Assembly: GCA_025357945.1 (NCBI GenBank)
Contig: JANYLJ010000055.1
Coordinates: forward strand, 775-64,774
Source: Gemmatimonadota bacterium
GTDB taxonomy: Bacteria; Gemmatimonadota; Gemmatimonadetes; Gemmatimonadales; GWC2-71-9
Length of the DNA: 64,000 nucleotides
Direction of reading: 5' to 3'
Shown here piece after piece: positions 1 to 9,787 of this stretch. The notes below the pieces were generated by a model that made no database searches, had not been told where the DNA came from, and was given only the letters and a program-made list of their open reading frames with translations. The stretch's first letter is position 1, and the number at the start of each line of letters is the position of its first letter. Both the position numbers and the translations under genes were made by a program.

Positions 1-126
1 GCGCGCGGGCCGACCGGCACTTGTGCGATAGGCACAGGCGCGACTGATGCCGAGCACCCGACAGATCACGGCCATCTTCCGGCCGGTCATCGCGTGGACC
101 TGGTGTAGAAGCGCGGTCTTTTTTTT
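1..126 (-). CDS. IS3-family transposase OrfB, N-terminal fragment (reached by -1 frameshift; rest lies outside the window)
   Basis: The -1 frame after the A-run reads KTALLHQVHAMTGRKMAVICRVLGISRACAYRTSAGRPAR, the usual start of IS3 OrfB proteins. Confidence 0.65.
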
Positions 127-455
127 ACCTCGTCACGCGCCGCCTGCAGGATCTCGATCTCCATGACCTTCTTCCCGAGCGCCCGCTCCAGCTCGCGCAC
201 GCGCTGCTGCGCCGCCCGCAACTCGCTGGCGGGGACGACCTCCTCGTTCGCCGTGACCGCGGCGGTGCTTCCTTCGCTGCTCAGCCGCTGCCACTGCCGG
301 ACCAGTTGCGGGGCCACGGCCAGTTCCCGGGCCAGTTCCGCCACGGTGAGTTCCTGCCGGCCTAACCGAGCGACCTGTTCCTGCTTAAACTCCGGGGTGA
401 AGACCCGACGACCATCTGCCTTCCGCTGATGCGTTTCCATCCGACGGTCCTCCAT
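87..455 (-). CDS. IS3-family transposase OrfA (HTH DNA-binding part)
   Basis: 122 aa. It has the typical N-terminal HTH (FTPEFKQEQVARLGRQELTVAELARELAVAPQLVRQW), a leucine-zipper-like region and a C-terminal KKRP over the slippery run. Confidence 0.85.
   Translation of the reverse strand: MEDRRMETHQRKADGRRVFTPEFKQEQVARLGRQELTVAELARELAVAPQLVRQWQRLSSEGSTAAVTANEEVVPASELRAAQQRVRELERALGKKVMEIEILQAARDEVKKRPRFYTRSTR
119..126 (-). other. programmed -1 ribosomal frameshift site (A8 run)
   Basis: T8 on the plus strand equals A AAA AAA G in the OrfA frame. OrfB continues in the -1 frame. Confidence 0.6.
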
Positions 456-834
456 TGGGAAGTAAACCTACGCTTCCCAAAGTGCCTCGTCGAATTGGGG
501 TACAGAGCAGAACAGCCAGGACCACCCGGACAACGATACCCACCGACTATCAACCAACTATCAAATCGAACTGGGGTATCGTCAACACGAGGGTGCAGCA
601 GGACTTAGCCACGCGCCACGGGGGAAATCCCTGGCGGACAGACGCTGCTACTGGCACTATCGAGACGGGCTGTCGTCCGCTCCTTCCGGCAGGACCTGCG
701 GGAAAGTTTGGGCCGGAAGCGCAAGGAGCAGCGGTAGTTTTGCGGATGGCAAGAGATAGGAAAAGGCGTGAAACCGATCGAGCCTTCTCAGCATATTGCC
801 CGACGTAAACCAACCCTCCCATCGGAGCGTCACC

Positions 835-1046
835 ATGCACCACCCGTCCATCCAGGCGTTCGTCGCCGCCGTTGGCTTGCTTTCGTCCGCCACCCCGATG
901 CTGGGCCAAGCCGCACCCAACCGCGAGGCGAGGACGCGCTCAATAAGTTCGAAGCCAACTCGACCAAGGCAGACGTACCGAAGCACCTCACGGAGGGCTT
1001 CGCGTACGCGCGAATGAACGGCATCACGCCGCCGTGGAGCAAGTGA
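835..1046 (+). pseudogene. small secreted protein gene, apparently frameshifted
   Basis: ATG at 835 follows GGAG. The signal-peptide-like MHHPSIQAFVAAVGLLSSATPMLGQAAP has GC-rich third positions. Near 905-925 the coding signal moves to another frame (EDALNKFEANSTKADVPKHLTEGFAYARMNGITPPWSK, stop at 1046). Confidence 0.3.
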
Positions 1047-1049
1047 GCG

Positions 1050-2405
1050 CTACTCCGCCAGCATCTCGAAAAACCTCCCGAATACGTTGATCCCGTCCCA
1101 GAGTTGCTGCAGGTCGAGCCTTTCGTTCGGTGAATGCAACCCGTCGTCGGGCAGTCCGATGCCGGTCAGCAACACCGGCGCGCCGCCTCGCGCCAAGTCG
1201 GTCACGACCGGAATCGAGCCGCCGCCACGAATCGCCACCGTGGCCCGTCCAACGACCTCCTCGAACGCGCGATCCAGTGTCTTGAACGCCGCCTGGGTCA
1301 CGTTCACCTGGACCGGGTCGGCGCCATGGATGAAGCGCAGGTCCCAGTCGGCGTAGTCGGGGGCAACGCGCCCGCATGCGTCGCGCAGTTGTTCACGCGC
1401 AAATTCGTAGGAGAGCCCGGGGACCAGCCGCATCGAGATCTTGGCGGTGGCCACGGCGGGAATCACGGTCTTGGCCCCGTCACCGACGAAGCCGCCGCTA
1501 ATGCCGTGGATCTCGAACGTGGGCAGGGCCCAGGTGCGCTCGAACACCGAGTGATCCTCCAGGCCGGTCAGTGCCTTGCCGGTGACCTCATCGCGCAGGA
1601 ACTCTCTCGCGTCGAAGGGGAGCGAGTTCCAGCCATGCAATTCCGCCTTGGTCGGTGGATCGACCCGGGCATACAGATCGGGCATCGCGATCCGGCCGTC
1701 CCGCTGCTTCAAGTCCATCAGCATCCGGCAGAGCGTCTCGAGCGCGTTGGGCGCTACACCGCCGTACGTTCCGGAGTGCAGGTCGCGCTGCGCCGTACGT
1801 ACCTCGAGCTCCGCGTAACACATACCACGGAGAGCGGTGTAGACCGCCGGCCACCCCTTGGCGTAGTACGACATGTCGCACACGAGAATCGCGTCGGCAT
1901 GCGCCCGCTCCGGCTCGGCCTTCAGCAGTTCGGCGATGAAGTGTCCGCCACACTCCTCCTCGCCTTCGATGAGGAAGCGTACGTTGATCGGCGGCCTGCC
2001 ATGGCCATCGCGCGCTGCCTCATACGCCTTGAGGAGGCAATACACCTGCCCCTTGTCGTCCACCGCTCCGCGGGCGAACACGTGGCCGCTACGAATCGTG
2101 GGCTCGAACGGCGGCGAGACCCATTCATCGATCGGATCGGTCGGCTGGACATCGTAGTGCCCATAGATCAGCAGCGTCGGCGCGCCGGGCACCGCGGGAC
2201 TCTCGCCCCAGACGATCGGGTGGCCGTCACCTTCGAGGAGCGAAGCAGTGCAACCGAGAGCGCCAAGGTGGTCCGCCACCCACTGCGCGGCGCGCCGACA
2301 GTCGCTTGCGTGGGCCGGCAGGGTGCTGATGCTGGGGATGGCGAGGAACTCGTTGAGTTCGGCGAGCATGCGTGGCTGTTCGCGTTGGGTGAACTGGGGA
2401 TCCAT
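1050..2405 (-). CDS. M20-family metallopeptidase (dipeptidase / ArgE-DapE-CPG2 type)
   Basis: 451 aa with the motifs LLIYGHYDVQP, ARGAVDDKGQ and FLIEGEEECGG, which are typical of M20 peptidases. Confidence 0.85.
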   Translation of the reverse strand: MDPQFTQREQPRMLAELNEFLAIPSISTLPAHASDCRRAAQWVADHLGALGCTASLLEGDGHPIVWGESPAVPGAPTLLIYGHYDVQPTDPIDEWVSPPFEPTIRSGHVFARGAVDDKGQVYCLLKAYEAARDGHGRPPINVRFLIEGEEECGGHFIAELLKAEPERAHADAILVCDMSYYAKGWPAVYTALRGMCYAELEVRTAQRDLHSGTYGGVAPNALETLCRMLMDLKQRDGRIAMPDLYARVDPPTKAELHGWNSLPFDAREFLRDEVTGKALTGLEDHSVFERTWALPTFEIHGISGGFVGDGAKTVIPAVATAKISMRLVPGLSYEFAREQLRDACGRVAPDYADWDLRFIHGADPVQVNVTQAAFKTLDRAFEEVVGRATVAIRGGGSIPVVTDLARGGAPVLLTGIGLPDDGLHSPNERLDLQQLWDGINVFGRFFEMLAE

Positions 2406-2414
2406 TGATCGCTC

Positions 2415-3500
2415 CTAGTGTTCGGGGTGCAGTGCTGTTCGCATCCGGTCGAACGCCGCTGGCCCCTCGGCGTCCTGCACGAGCGCCTTCAGCTTGTGCA
2501 CCGCCAGCGACAAATCGCTGCCGCTGTTGCGATCCCACGCATCGAACAGGTCGAGGTTGGTGCGATAGAGCCGGACGCCAATCAACGCGGCGTTGTTGAT
2601 CGGCCGCACGGACGGTGTCCCGATGCTGTAGGTACGCAGCGCCGGCCCGAACCCGAGCACGAGGGTATCCCGGCTCCAGCGTGCCACGACCGACCGGCCG
2701 CTGTCGTTCGCAGCCGGTGACAGCTGCAGCGCATACAGCGAGTCGAGCTTGTTGAGCAGCACCCGGTAGTAGTCGGCGAGCACCTGCTCGTCGTGCCAGC
2801 GGCCGGCTGCGCGCTGTGCGGTCGCGGCATCGTGACGACTCTGGAAAAATTGTTCCGCCGAGCGATACGCGACCCACTGGGCAAAGCTCTCATTGAAGTC
2901 GGTGGCACCCTTGACCCACAGCGTATTGTGGGCGATCTCGTGAAACACCAACGCAGCGAGTTCGAGCGAGTCGGTGGTGAGCGCGGTGGAGAGCAGCGGA
3001 TCGTTGAACCAGCCGAGGGTCGAGAACGCGGCCGAGGGTCGCAGATTGACGTCGAGCCCGCGCGCGGCGTACTCCGCGGCCATCTGCCGCGCCTGCTCGA
3101 AGTTGAAGAACCCCTTGTACGGGACGCGACCGGCGACCGGATAGCGCCACGTGACCGGACAGATGCACGTCTTGGGCGATGCGGTGAGCACCAGCAGCAG
3201 CGTATCGCGACCGACATCGCTGTAGCTGGTGAACGTCTCGTTGGCGGCGAGCCCGAGCCGCTCGGCGTAGGCGCGCACATCGAGCACCAGTTTCGCCTGC
3301 GCCCGCAGGGCCGGTGTGGCCTTGGGGTCGCGCGCCAACCGGTTGATCGGCGTACGGTGGGTCAGGATGCGAGTCTCCTCGATCCCGGCGCGCGAGAGAT
3401 AGCGTACGTCGTCGGATGCCACGTACGCCGCGCCATAGCCGAGGAGCAGCGCCGCAGCGGCAATCAACAGGCCCATCTTGAGACGCCTTCTTCCGGGCAT
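2415..3500 (-). CDS. predicted aminopeptidase (COG4324-like, HExxH)
   Basis: HEIAHNTLWV zinc motif and an N-terminal membrane/signal segment MGLLIAAAALLLGYGAAYV. The start is taken at the internal Met (MPGRRRLK); the ORF is open to 3548. Confidence 0.6.
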   Translation of the reverse strand: MPGRRRLKMGLLIAAAALLLGYGAAYVASDDVRYLSRAGIEETRILTHRTPINRLARDPKATPALRAQAKLVLDVRAYAERLGLAANETFTSYSDVGRDTLLLVLTASPKTCICPVTWRYPVAGRVPYKGFFNFEQARQMAAEYAARGLDVNLRPSAAFSTLGWFNDPLLSTALTTDSLELAALVFHEIAHNTLWVKGATDFNESFAQWVAYRSAEQFFQSRHDAATAQRAAGRWHDEQVLADYYRVLLNKLDSLYALQLSPAANDSGRSVVARWSRDTLVLGFGPALRTYSIGTPSVRPINNAALIGVRLYRTNLDLFDAWDRNSGSDLSLAVHKLKALVQDAEGPAAFDRMRTALHPEH

Positions 3501-3552
3501 GATGTTCAGTGTGCGACCGGACCGGCCGCGAGTCGCCTCAGAGGGCAACGGA

Positions 3553-5247
3553 TCATCGCACCCGAACGACAGCCAGGTACGGCACGATCGCCTGGTTGAG
3601 TGCGCCGTTGGCGAGGGTGCCCGCCATCCGGATCGTCACGCCTGACGACCCGGCCGGCAACGGATAGCGCACGGTCCGTCCCGATCCGGCGCGCAACGTG
3701 CCGGGGTGCGAGTAGGCGCCGGTCGTGCTGTCCGGGGTGAGCGGGAACACTTTTGAGAACACGGTCGGAAAGTTTGCTGCAAAGGTGCCCCGGAAGTTCC
3801 AACTGCTGTAGCTGAGCAGGCCCGTTTGCGAAAAACCTGGCAGGTTGTCGGTCCAGTTGGTCAGCTGCCACTCGCCCACCAGGGTTGGGAAGTTCACGCC
3901 GGTCAATTGGGCGACGCGCGCCGCGCCGAGCACCGTGGACTGCTCCATGCCGCGGGTAAACTGGCTGCCGAGGGTGGCGTCCGCCGAAAAATGATCGGCG
4001 ATCCATCGGATGAACAGCCAGGCCGCGCCGCGCTCGGCAAGGGTGGCGTCACCCGCTTCCGGCGCGATCAGGTACTGCGCCTCGGGGTCGACGAGGTAAT
4101 CGTAGGCGTCGTTGATGTCGCCACTCATGAACTGGGAGAAGCAATCGCCGCCCGGTGCACTGGCACATTGCGCGGCCGGCACCGTCCGCCAACCCAGCTC
4201 CTCGGCGAAGTGGCTCAGACCCTCGTTCATCCAGGTGTCCTGGTCGCCACCGTTGCGGAGCAGCACGTGCTGGTTGAACGAAATCATGTGCTGCAACTCG
4301 TGAATCAGGGTCGGGCCCAACGCGGTAAGCGCAGAACTGCGCGACACCGCCTTGCAGGTCGCGGTCGCGACCGACGTGCTGAGCGTGAAGAACATTTCGC
4401 GGGCGTTGCTGCCACGCGCGAATGGCAGCAGGTCGTTTGCGAACGTATAGCCAATCACGCGGCCCTGGCTGCAATCGGAGGTCAGGTTGTTCACCGCCGG
4501 CGTCATCAGGATCGCGATGTGCTGGTCGTTGTTGATGTCCGACTCGCGCCCGAACGCGGTGGTGTCCGTCGCGTAGAGATAGTTGTCGAACAACTGGCCC
4601 AGCTGCTGAAAATCGGCGGCTGTGAACTGATCGGCGCCAGCGTTCTGCTGATCGTCGAGGTAGATGATCCCCGGGTTGCCGGCGTACTTCACCGTGGCGC
4701 CGACGCGGTTGAACGTGGCGCACTTGGTGGTGGCGCAGACATTGAACGAGTCGCGATCGCCGACAACCGGCGGGGCGGCCGGGGGCATGGCGACGGCGCC
4801 GAAGTTCCGTGCCGGACTTCTGGCGAGCTCCCGCTCCACCCGGCGGAGGTTTTGTTCGAAGGCGGCCGGCGTGAGCGGTGCCGCCAGCAATCGGACGACG
4901 GGAATGCCGAAGTCGAGACCGACCGCGCCGCTCGCCAGGGCGGTCGGGGCCTGCGACTGCAGGGCGTAAGGCGCCGAGCTGCCGTTGGTGCTCGAGACAC
5001 CGTAGCCCGAGTAGGCCACTACCACATACTCCTGCGCTGAGCTGCTGGCCGGCAGGGAGATGCAATTTGACTGTTGGAGCGGGTCGATCAGCCGGAATTC
5101 GCCCACGGCAAGGGCGACCGGGACGGTGTTGCTGGTGGTACAGCTGGTCAGGTCCGCCGGCCCGGTTGTGGTGGTGCCGGGATCGCCGCTGCAGGCCACC
5201 AGCGCCATGGCAGAAAGGCCCACGATCCGTCGCGGGAAATGACGCAT
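3553..5247 (-). CDS. secreted lipoprotein, putative zinc metalloprotease (HExxH)
   Basis: Lipobox LSAMALVACSG and the motif TLIHELQHMISFNQH. The family cannot be assigned without a search. Confidence 0.55.
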   Translation of the reverse strand: MRHFPRRIVGLSAMALVACSGDPGTTTTGPADLTSCTTSNTVPVALAVGEFRLIDPLQQSNCISLPASSSAQEYVVVAYSGYGVSSTNGSSAPYALQSQAPTALASGAVGLDFGIPVVRLLAAPLTPAAFEQNLRRVERELARSPARNFGAVAMPPAAPPVVGDRDSFNVCATTKCATFNRVGATVKYAGNPGIIYLDDQQNAGADQFTAADFQQLGQLFDNYLYATDTTAFGRESDINNDQHIAILMTPAVNNLTSDCSQGRVIGYTFANDLLPFARGSNAREMFFTLSTSVATATCKAVSRSSALTALGPTLIHELQHMISFNQHVLLRNGGDQDTWMNEGLSHFAEELGWRTVPAAQCASAPGGDCFSQFMSGDINDAYDYLVDPEAQYLIAPEAGDATLAERGAAWLFIRWIADHFSADATLGSQFTRGMEQSTVLGAARVAQLTGVNFPTLVGEWQLTNWTDNLPGFSQTGLLSYSSWNFRGTFAANFPTVFSKVFPLTPDSTTGAYSHPGTLRAGSGRTVRYPLPAGSSGVTIRMAGTLANGALNQAIVPYLAVVRVR

Positions 5248-5305
5248 GAATCCGGGCTCCGCTGAAGACTGAGAATCGCTCTAAGCGTAAGCGGGACAAC
5301 AACTT

Positions 5306-5334
5306 TTGACAATCGCCGGCAACTCCGATACGAT
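5306..5334 (+). promoter_or_regulatory. candidate sigma-70-type promoter of dnaE
   Basis: TTGACA (5306..5311), a 17-nt spacer, then TACGAT (5329..5334). The dnaE ATG at 5345 lies about 11 nt after the -10 element. Confidence 0.35.
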
Positions 5335-5344
5335 TCGCCGGACG

Positions 5345-8300
5345 ATGGCGTTTGTCCACCTCCACACCCACAGCGAGTTCTCCCTCCTCGACGGCGCCAA
5401 CCGGCTCCCCGAGCTGGTCAAGCACGTCAAGAGCCTGGGCATGGACTCGCTGGCGGTCACCGACCATGGCAACCTCTACGCGGCGTGGCACTTCTACGCC
5501 GAGGCCCGGGCGCAGGGGATCCGCCCCATCCTCGGCTTCGAGGCCTACCTGGCCTTCGGTCCCCGGACCGTTCAGGCCAAGCCGTCGTGGGCGCCCGCAA
5601 ACTACTCCCACCTGGTCCTCCTGGCCCAGAATCAGGCCGGGTACCGGAATCTGGTCCGGCTGAGCTCGATCGGCTTCGTCGAGGGGTTCTACCGGCGGCC
5701 GCGGATCGACCGCGAGGTGCTTGCGGCCCACAGCGAGGGGATCGTCTGTCTCGCCGCCTGTCTGTCGGGCGAGGTCGCCCTCTGGCTGCGCCAGGGGAAG
5801 TACGACCGGGCGCGTGAATCGGCCGCGTGGTTCGCCAAGACCTTTGGCAAGGAGCGCTTCTTCCTGGAGGTCCAGCAGCACGGCATCCCGGAGGAAACGA
5901 TCGTGACCCAGGGGATGTTTGAATTGGGAAAGGATCTCGGTCTGGGCGTGGTCGCCACCAACGACGCGCACTACCTTCGGCGCGAAGACGCCGACGCGCA
6001 CGACGTGCTGCTCGCCATCGGCACCGGCGCCGATCTTGACGACCCGAAGCGGTTCCGGTTCACCGGCAGCGAGTCCTACGTCAAGACCGAGCAGGAGATG
6101 CACCAGCTCTTCGGCGATCACCCGGAAACGCTGGAGCTGACCCAGACGATCGCGAACAGGTGCGAGTTCGACTTCGAGAAACGCTACTTCCTGCCGCAGT
6201 TTCCCCGGCCCGCAGAATACGCCAGCGACGAAGCGCTGTTGCGCGAGCTGTCGGAACGCGGTGCCGCCGAGCGTTACGGCGACCCGCTGCCGGCCGGGGT
6301 GCGGACGCGCCTCGAGTACGAGCTCTCGGTCATCAACCAGGCCGGGTACGGCGGCTATCTCCTGATCGTCGCCGACTTCATCCAGGCCGCGCGCGATCGC
6401 GGCATTCCGGTGGGACCGGGTCGCGGTTCGGCGGTCGGATCGCTGGTGGCGTATTCGCTCCGCATCACCGACGTCGATCCGCTCAAGTTCGACCTGCTCT
6501 TCGAGCGCTTCCTCAACCCGGAGCGCGTGGAGATGCCAGACATCGACATCGATTTCTGTTATGAGCGCCGGGGCGAGGTGATCGAGTACGTGCGGCAGCG
6601 CTACGGTCGCGACTCGGTCGGCCAGATCATCACGTTCGGGACGCTGAAGGCGCGCGCGGCAGTCAAGGATGTCGCCCGGGTGCTGAAGGTCCCGCCGGGC
6701 GAAGCCGACAAGTTGACCAAGATGATTCCGTCGACGCCAGGATTCGCATTGACGATTCCCGAAGCCTTGAAGAAGGTGGACGAACTGAAGGTTGCGGTGC
6801 GCGACAATGAGCTCTACGGTCGCGTCTTCCAATACGCGTCGCGCATCGAAGGGCTGTCGCGGCACGCCTCAGTGCATGCCGCCGGCATCGTGATCGCGCC
6901 GGGCCCGCTGTCCGAGTACGTCCCGGTGTGCACGGCTCCCGGCCGGGGCTCGGGGGCGACCGATCGCGAAGATTCGATCATCTGTCAGTACGACATGGGG
7001 TCGCTCGAGAAGGTCGGGATGCTCAAGATGGACTTCCTCGGCCTCAAGACGCTCACCGTCATTCACGACGCGGTGCAGATGATCGCCGTCCGCACCGGCC
7101 GGGCGCCCGACATGGCGGCGCTTACGCTCGACGACCCGCTGGTGTACGACCTGCTGCGCCGCGGCCGCACCGCCGGGATCTTCCAGTTTGAATCGGCACT
7201 GGCCACCGACACGCTCCGGAACATGAAGTGCGACCGCTTCGACGACCTCGTCGCCTCGAACGCGCTGCTCCGTCCCGGCCCGCTCGACACCGGGATGCAC
7301 CTGGTGTTCGTCAAACGCAAGCTGGGCCAGGAGGCGGTGACCTACCCGCATCCGTCGCTCAAGGACGTGCTCGAACCGACCTATGGCGTGATCACCTATC
7401 AGGAACAGGTGATGCGCATCGCCAACGTGATGGCAGGGTTCTCGCTGGCGGAAGCCGACGTCCTGCGCAAGGCGGTGGGCAAGAAGGACGCAGCGCTGAT
7501 CAAGAAGGAATTGAAGCGTTTCGTCGATCGCGGCGTGGCACTCGGCCATCCGGCGAAGTTGATGGGAGAATTGTCGGCGCAGCTCGAGACCTTCGGTCGC
7601 TACGGCTTCAACAAATCCCACGCGGTTGCGTACTCGGTGTTGGGATACCAGACCGCCTGGCTCAAGACGCACCATCCGGCCGAGTTCATGGCGGCGCTGC
7701 TGTCGAGCGAAATCGGATCGACGGACAAGGTGGTGCAGTACATCAACGAGGCACGGGAGCTCGGCATCACCGTGCTGCCACCGGACGTGGCGGAGTCGGG
7801 ATTCAAGTTCACCGTTGTTGGTGACAAGCGGATCCGGTTCGGGCTCGGCGCCGTGCGCAATGTCGGTGCCGGGGCGATCGAATCGATCATCACGGCGCGC
7901 GCGGCGGGACGCTTTCGTTCGCTGGAGGATTTCGTCAAGCGCATCGACCCGCGGCTGTGTAACAAGCGCGTGCTGGAATCGCTGATCGCCGCCGGCGCAT
8001 GCGACGCATTCGGGCACCGGGCGCAGCTCGTCGCCGCGCTCGACCAGGTGCTGGCGGAGTCGCAGCGGCTGCAGCAGGAAATCGCCGCGGGTCAGGTATC
8101 ACTCTTCGGCGAGGCTGTCGCGTCGGCACCGGCGGAGCAGCCACTGCCGGATGTGCCGCCGTGGACCGAGGCCGACCGGCTGGCCAGGGAAAAGGAGATC
8201 ATCGGCTTCTTCATCTCCGGCCATCCGCTCGAGCGGTATCGAGCCGTGGTCGAGCTGGTGGGCACCCGGACGACCGCCACGCTGGGTCAGTGGGACGAAC

Positions 8301-8818
8301 GTCCCGTGGCCATCGCGGCGGTCGTGACGGCATCCAAGCGACAGATCTCCAAGAAAACCGGCAAGGAATACGCCCGGATCACGATCGAGGACTTCCACGG
8401 CACGGCGGAAGCGATCGTCTTCCCGGAGGCGTGGGCAAAGCTGAATCAGGTGATCCGTGTGGACGCGGCGATGATGCTGACCGGCGGCTATTCACCCCGC
8501 GACCGGGGCGAGGAGCCGGCGCCATTCGTCATCGAGGCGGCGCGGGACCTGGCCGAGATGGAGGCGTCGGGCTCGCTCGGCGTGGCGATCCGCTGGGACG
8601 CGCCGTCGTCACCGCCCGCGGCAACGCTGCAGGCGGTAGCCCGGGTGTGCGAAGAACACCCCGGTCCGGCGCCGCTCTATATTGATTGGACCGACGGCAG
8701 CGGCGAGTCGGCCCGGCTGCGGTCGCGCCGGTTGCGCGTGGGGGCCGAGGCGGGCACGCTCCGCGCCTTGCGCGACCTGTTTGGCAGTGAGGCCGTTTCC
8801 CTGATCCGAGCGGAGTGA
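5345..8818 (+). CDS. dnaE: DNA polymerase III alpha subunit
   Basis: PHP domain start MAFVHLHTHSEFSLLDG and full-length colinearity with DnaE (about 1157 aa). The start is taken at the ATG at 5345 rather than the TTG at 5306. Confidence 0.95.
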   Translation: MAFVHLHTHSEFSLLDGANRLPELVKHVKSLGMDSLAVTDHGNLYAAWHFYAEARAQGIRPILGFEAYLAFGPRTVQAKPSWAPANYSHLVLLAQNQAGYRNLVRLSSIGFVEGFYRRPRIDREVLAAHSEGIVCLAACLSGEVALWLRQGKYDRARESAAWFAKTFGKERFFLEVQQHGIPEETIVTQGMFELGKDLGLGVVATNDAHYLRREDADAHDVLLAIGTGADLDDPKRFRFTGSESYVKTEQEMHQLFGDHPETLELTQTIANRCEFDFEKRYFLPQFPRPAEYASDEALLRELSERGAAERYGDPLPAGVRTRLEYELSVINQAGYGGYLLIVADFIQAARDRGIPVGPGRGSAVGSLVAYSLRITDVDPLKFDLLFERFLNPERVEMPDIDIDFCYERRGEVIEYVRQRYGRDSVGQIITFGTLKARAAVKDVARVLKVPPGEADKLTKMIPSTPGFALTIPEALKKVDELKVAVRDNELYGRVFQYASRIEGLSRHASVHAAGIVIAPGPLSEYVPVCTAPGRGSGATDREDSIICQYDMGSLEKVGMLKMDFLGLKTLTVIHDAVQMIAVRTGRAPDMAALTLDDPLVYDLLRRGRTAGIFQFESALATDTLRNMKCDRFDDLVASNALLRPGPLDTGMHLVFVKRKLGQEAVTYPHPSLKDVLEPTYGVITYQEQVMRIANVMAGFSLAEADVLRKAVGKKDAALIKKELKRFVDRGVALGHPAKLMGELSAQLETFGRYGFNKSHAVAYSVLGYQTAWLKTHHPAEFMAALLSSEIGSTDKVVQYINEARELGITVLPPDVAESGFKFTVVGDKRIRFGLGAVRNVGAGAIESIITARAAGRFRSLEDFVKRIDPRLCNKRVLESLIAAGACDAFGHRAQLVAALDQVLAESQRLQQEIAAGQVSLFGEAVASAPAEQPLPDVPPWTEADRLAREKEIIGFFISGHPLERYRAVVELVGTRTTATLGQWDERPVAIAAVVTASKRQISKKTGKEYARITIEDFHGTAEAIVFPEAWAKLNQVIRVDAAMMLTGGYSPRDRGEEPAPFVIEAARDLAEMEASGSLGVAIRWDAPSSPPAATLQAVARVCEEHPGPAPLYIDWTDGSGESARLRSRRLRVGAEAGTLRALRDLFGSEAVSLIRAE

Positions 8819-8824
8819 CGCTGC

Positions 8825-9787
8825 ATGGCCATCGCCTACGCGCTGGACTTCGAGAAGCCGCTCGCCGAGCTCGAACGCCAGGTGGACGAGCTGCGAAGAA
8901 TCAGCGACGAGCGCGGCATCGATGTCGCCGGCGAAGTGGGCACCCTGGAAGCGAAGATCGCGATGATGCGTGAGGAGATCTACCGCAACCTCACGCCGAT
9001 GCAGCGCGTCCAGGTGGCGCGCCACCCGCGGCGGCCGTACGCGCTGGACTACCTGTCGTCGATCTTCACCGATTTCATCGAGTTGCACGGCGACCGGCTC
9101 TACCGCGACGACCCGGCGATCGTCGGCGGCTGGGCTCGCCTCAATGGCCAATCGGTGATGGTCGTCGGGCACCAGAAGGGTCGTGACACCAAGGAGAACA
9201 TCAAGCGCAACTTCGGCATGCCGCATCCGGAAGGCTACCGCAAGGCGTTGCGCCTGATGCAGGCCGCCGCACGATTCCACGCGCCGATCATCACGTTGAT
9301 CGACACGCCGGGGGCGTATCCGGGTCTTGGCGCCGAGGAGCGCGGACAATCCGAGGCGCTGGCGCGCAACATCCTGGAGATGTCGGCGCTGCCGACCCCG
9401 ATCATCGCGGTCGTGATCGGCGAGGGCGGCTCGGGCGGGGCGCTCGCCCTCGGTGTGGCGGACCGGGTGCTGATGTTCGAGCACTCGGTGTATTCGGTGA
9501 TCTCGCCCGAGGGGTGTGCCACGATCCTCTGGAAGGATTCGACGCAGCGCGAGCGTGCGGCCGAGGCGCTCAAGCTCACGTCAGAGGATCTCACCCGGCT
9601 GGGACTCATCGACGAAGTCATCCCGGAGCCGGTGGGCGGGGCGCATTTCGACCCCGAGACGGCGGGTGAGTCGCTGCGCGCCGCGCTGATCAAGACGCTG
9701 AACGAGCTCAACAAGGTGCGCCCGGAAAAGCTGGTCAAGCGCCGCCACGACAAGTACGCGGCGATGGGAGCGTACGCGGACACATGA
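8825..9787 (+). CDS. accA: acetyl-CoA carboxylase carboxyltransferase alpha subunit
   Basis: 320 aa with the motifs RHPRRPYALDY, TLIDTPGAYPGLGAEERGQSEA and GEGGSGGALA. Confidence 0.92.
   Translation: MAIAYALDFEKPLAELERQVDELRRISDERGIDVAGEVGTLEAKIAMMREEIYRNLTPMQRVQVARHPRRPYALDYLSSIFTDFIELHGDRLYRDDPAIVGGWARLNGQSVMVVGHQKGRDTKENIKRNFGMPHPEGYRKALRLMQAAARFHAPIITLIDTPGAYPGLGAEERGQSEALARNILEMSALPTPIIAVVIGEGGSGGALALGVADRVLMFEHSVYSVISPEGCATILWKDSTQRERAAEALKLTSEDLTRLGLIDEVIPEPVGGAHFDPETAGESLRAALIKTLNELNKVRPEKLVKRRHDKYAAMGAYADT

Larger units (their letters stand above)
1..600 (-). mobile_element. IS3-family insertion sequence, partial (continues beyond left edge of window)
   Basis: OrfA/OrfB arrangement with an A8 slippery run. 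The OrfB frame is still open at position 1. The right boundary near 600 is only a guess: the element strand reads 5'-TGCTGCACCC there, and IS3-family ends begin with TG. Confidence 0.7.

Noticed and set aside
455-1049. Several 60-120-aa ORFs on both strands (455..808, 550..909, 657..986, 830..1042)
   Set aside because: They overlap each other and have no motifs and junk-like composition. The region is better explained as the IS 5' end plus a decayed small gene.
4049-6865. 938-aa ORF on the minus strand
   Set aside because: It is antisense to the clearly recognisable dnaE and overlaps the protease gene out of frame. Its Arg/Gly/Pro-rich low-complexity translation is typical of shadow ORFs in high-GC DNA.
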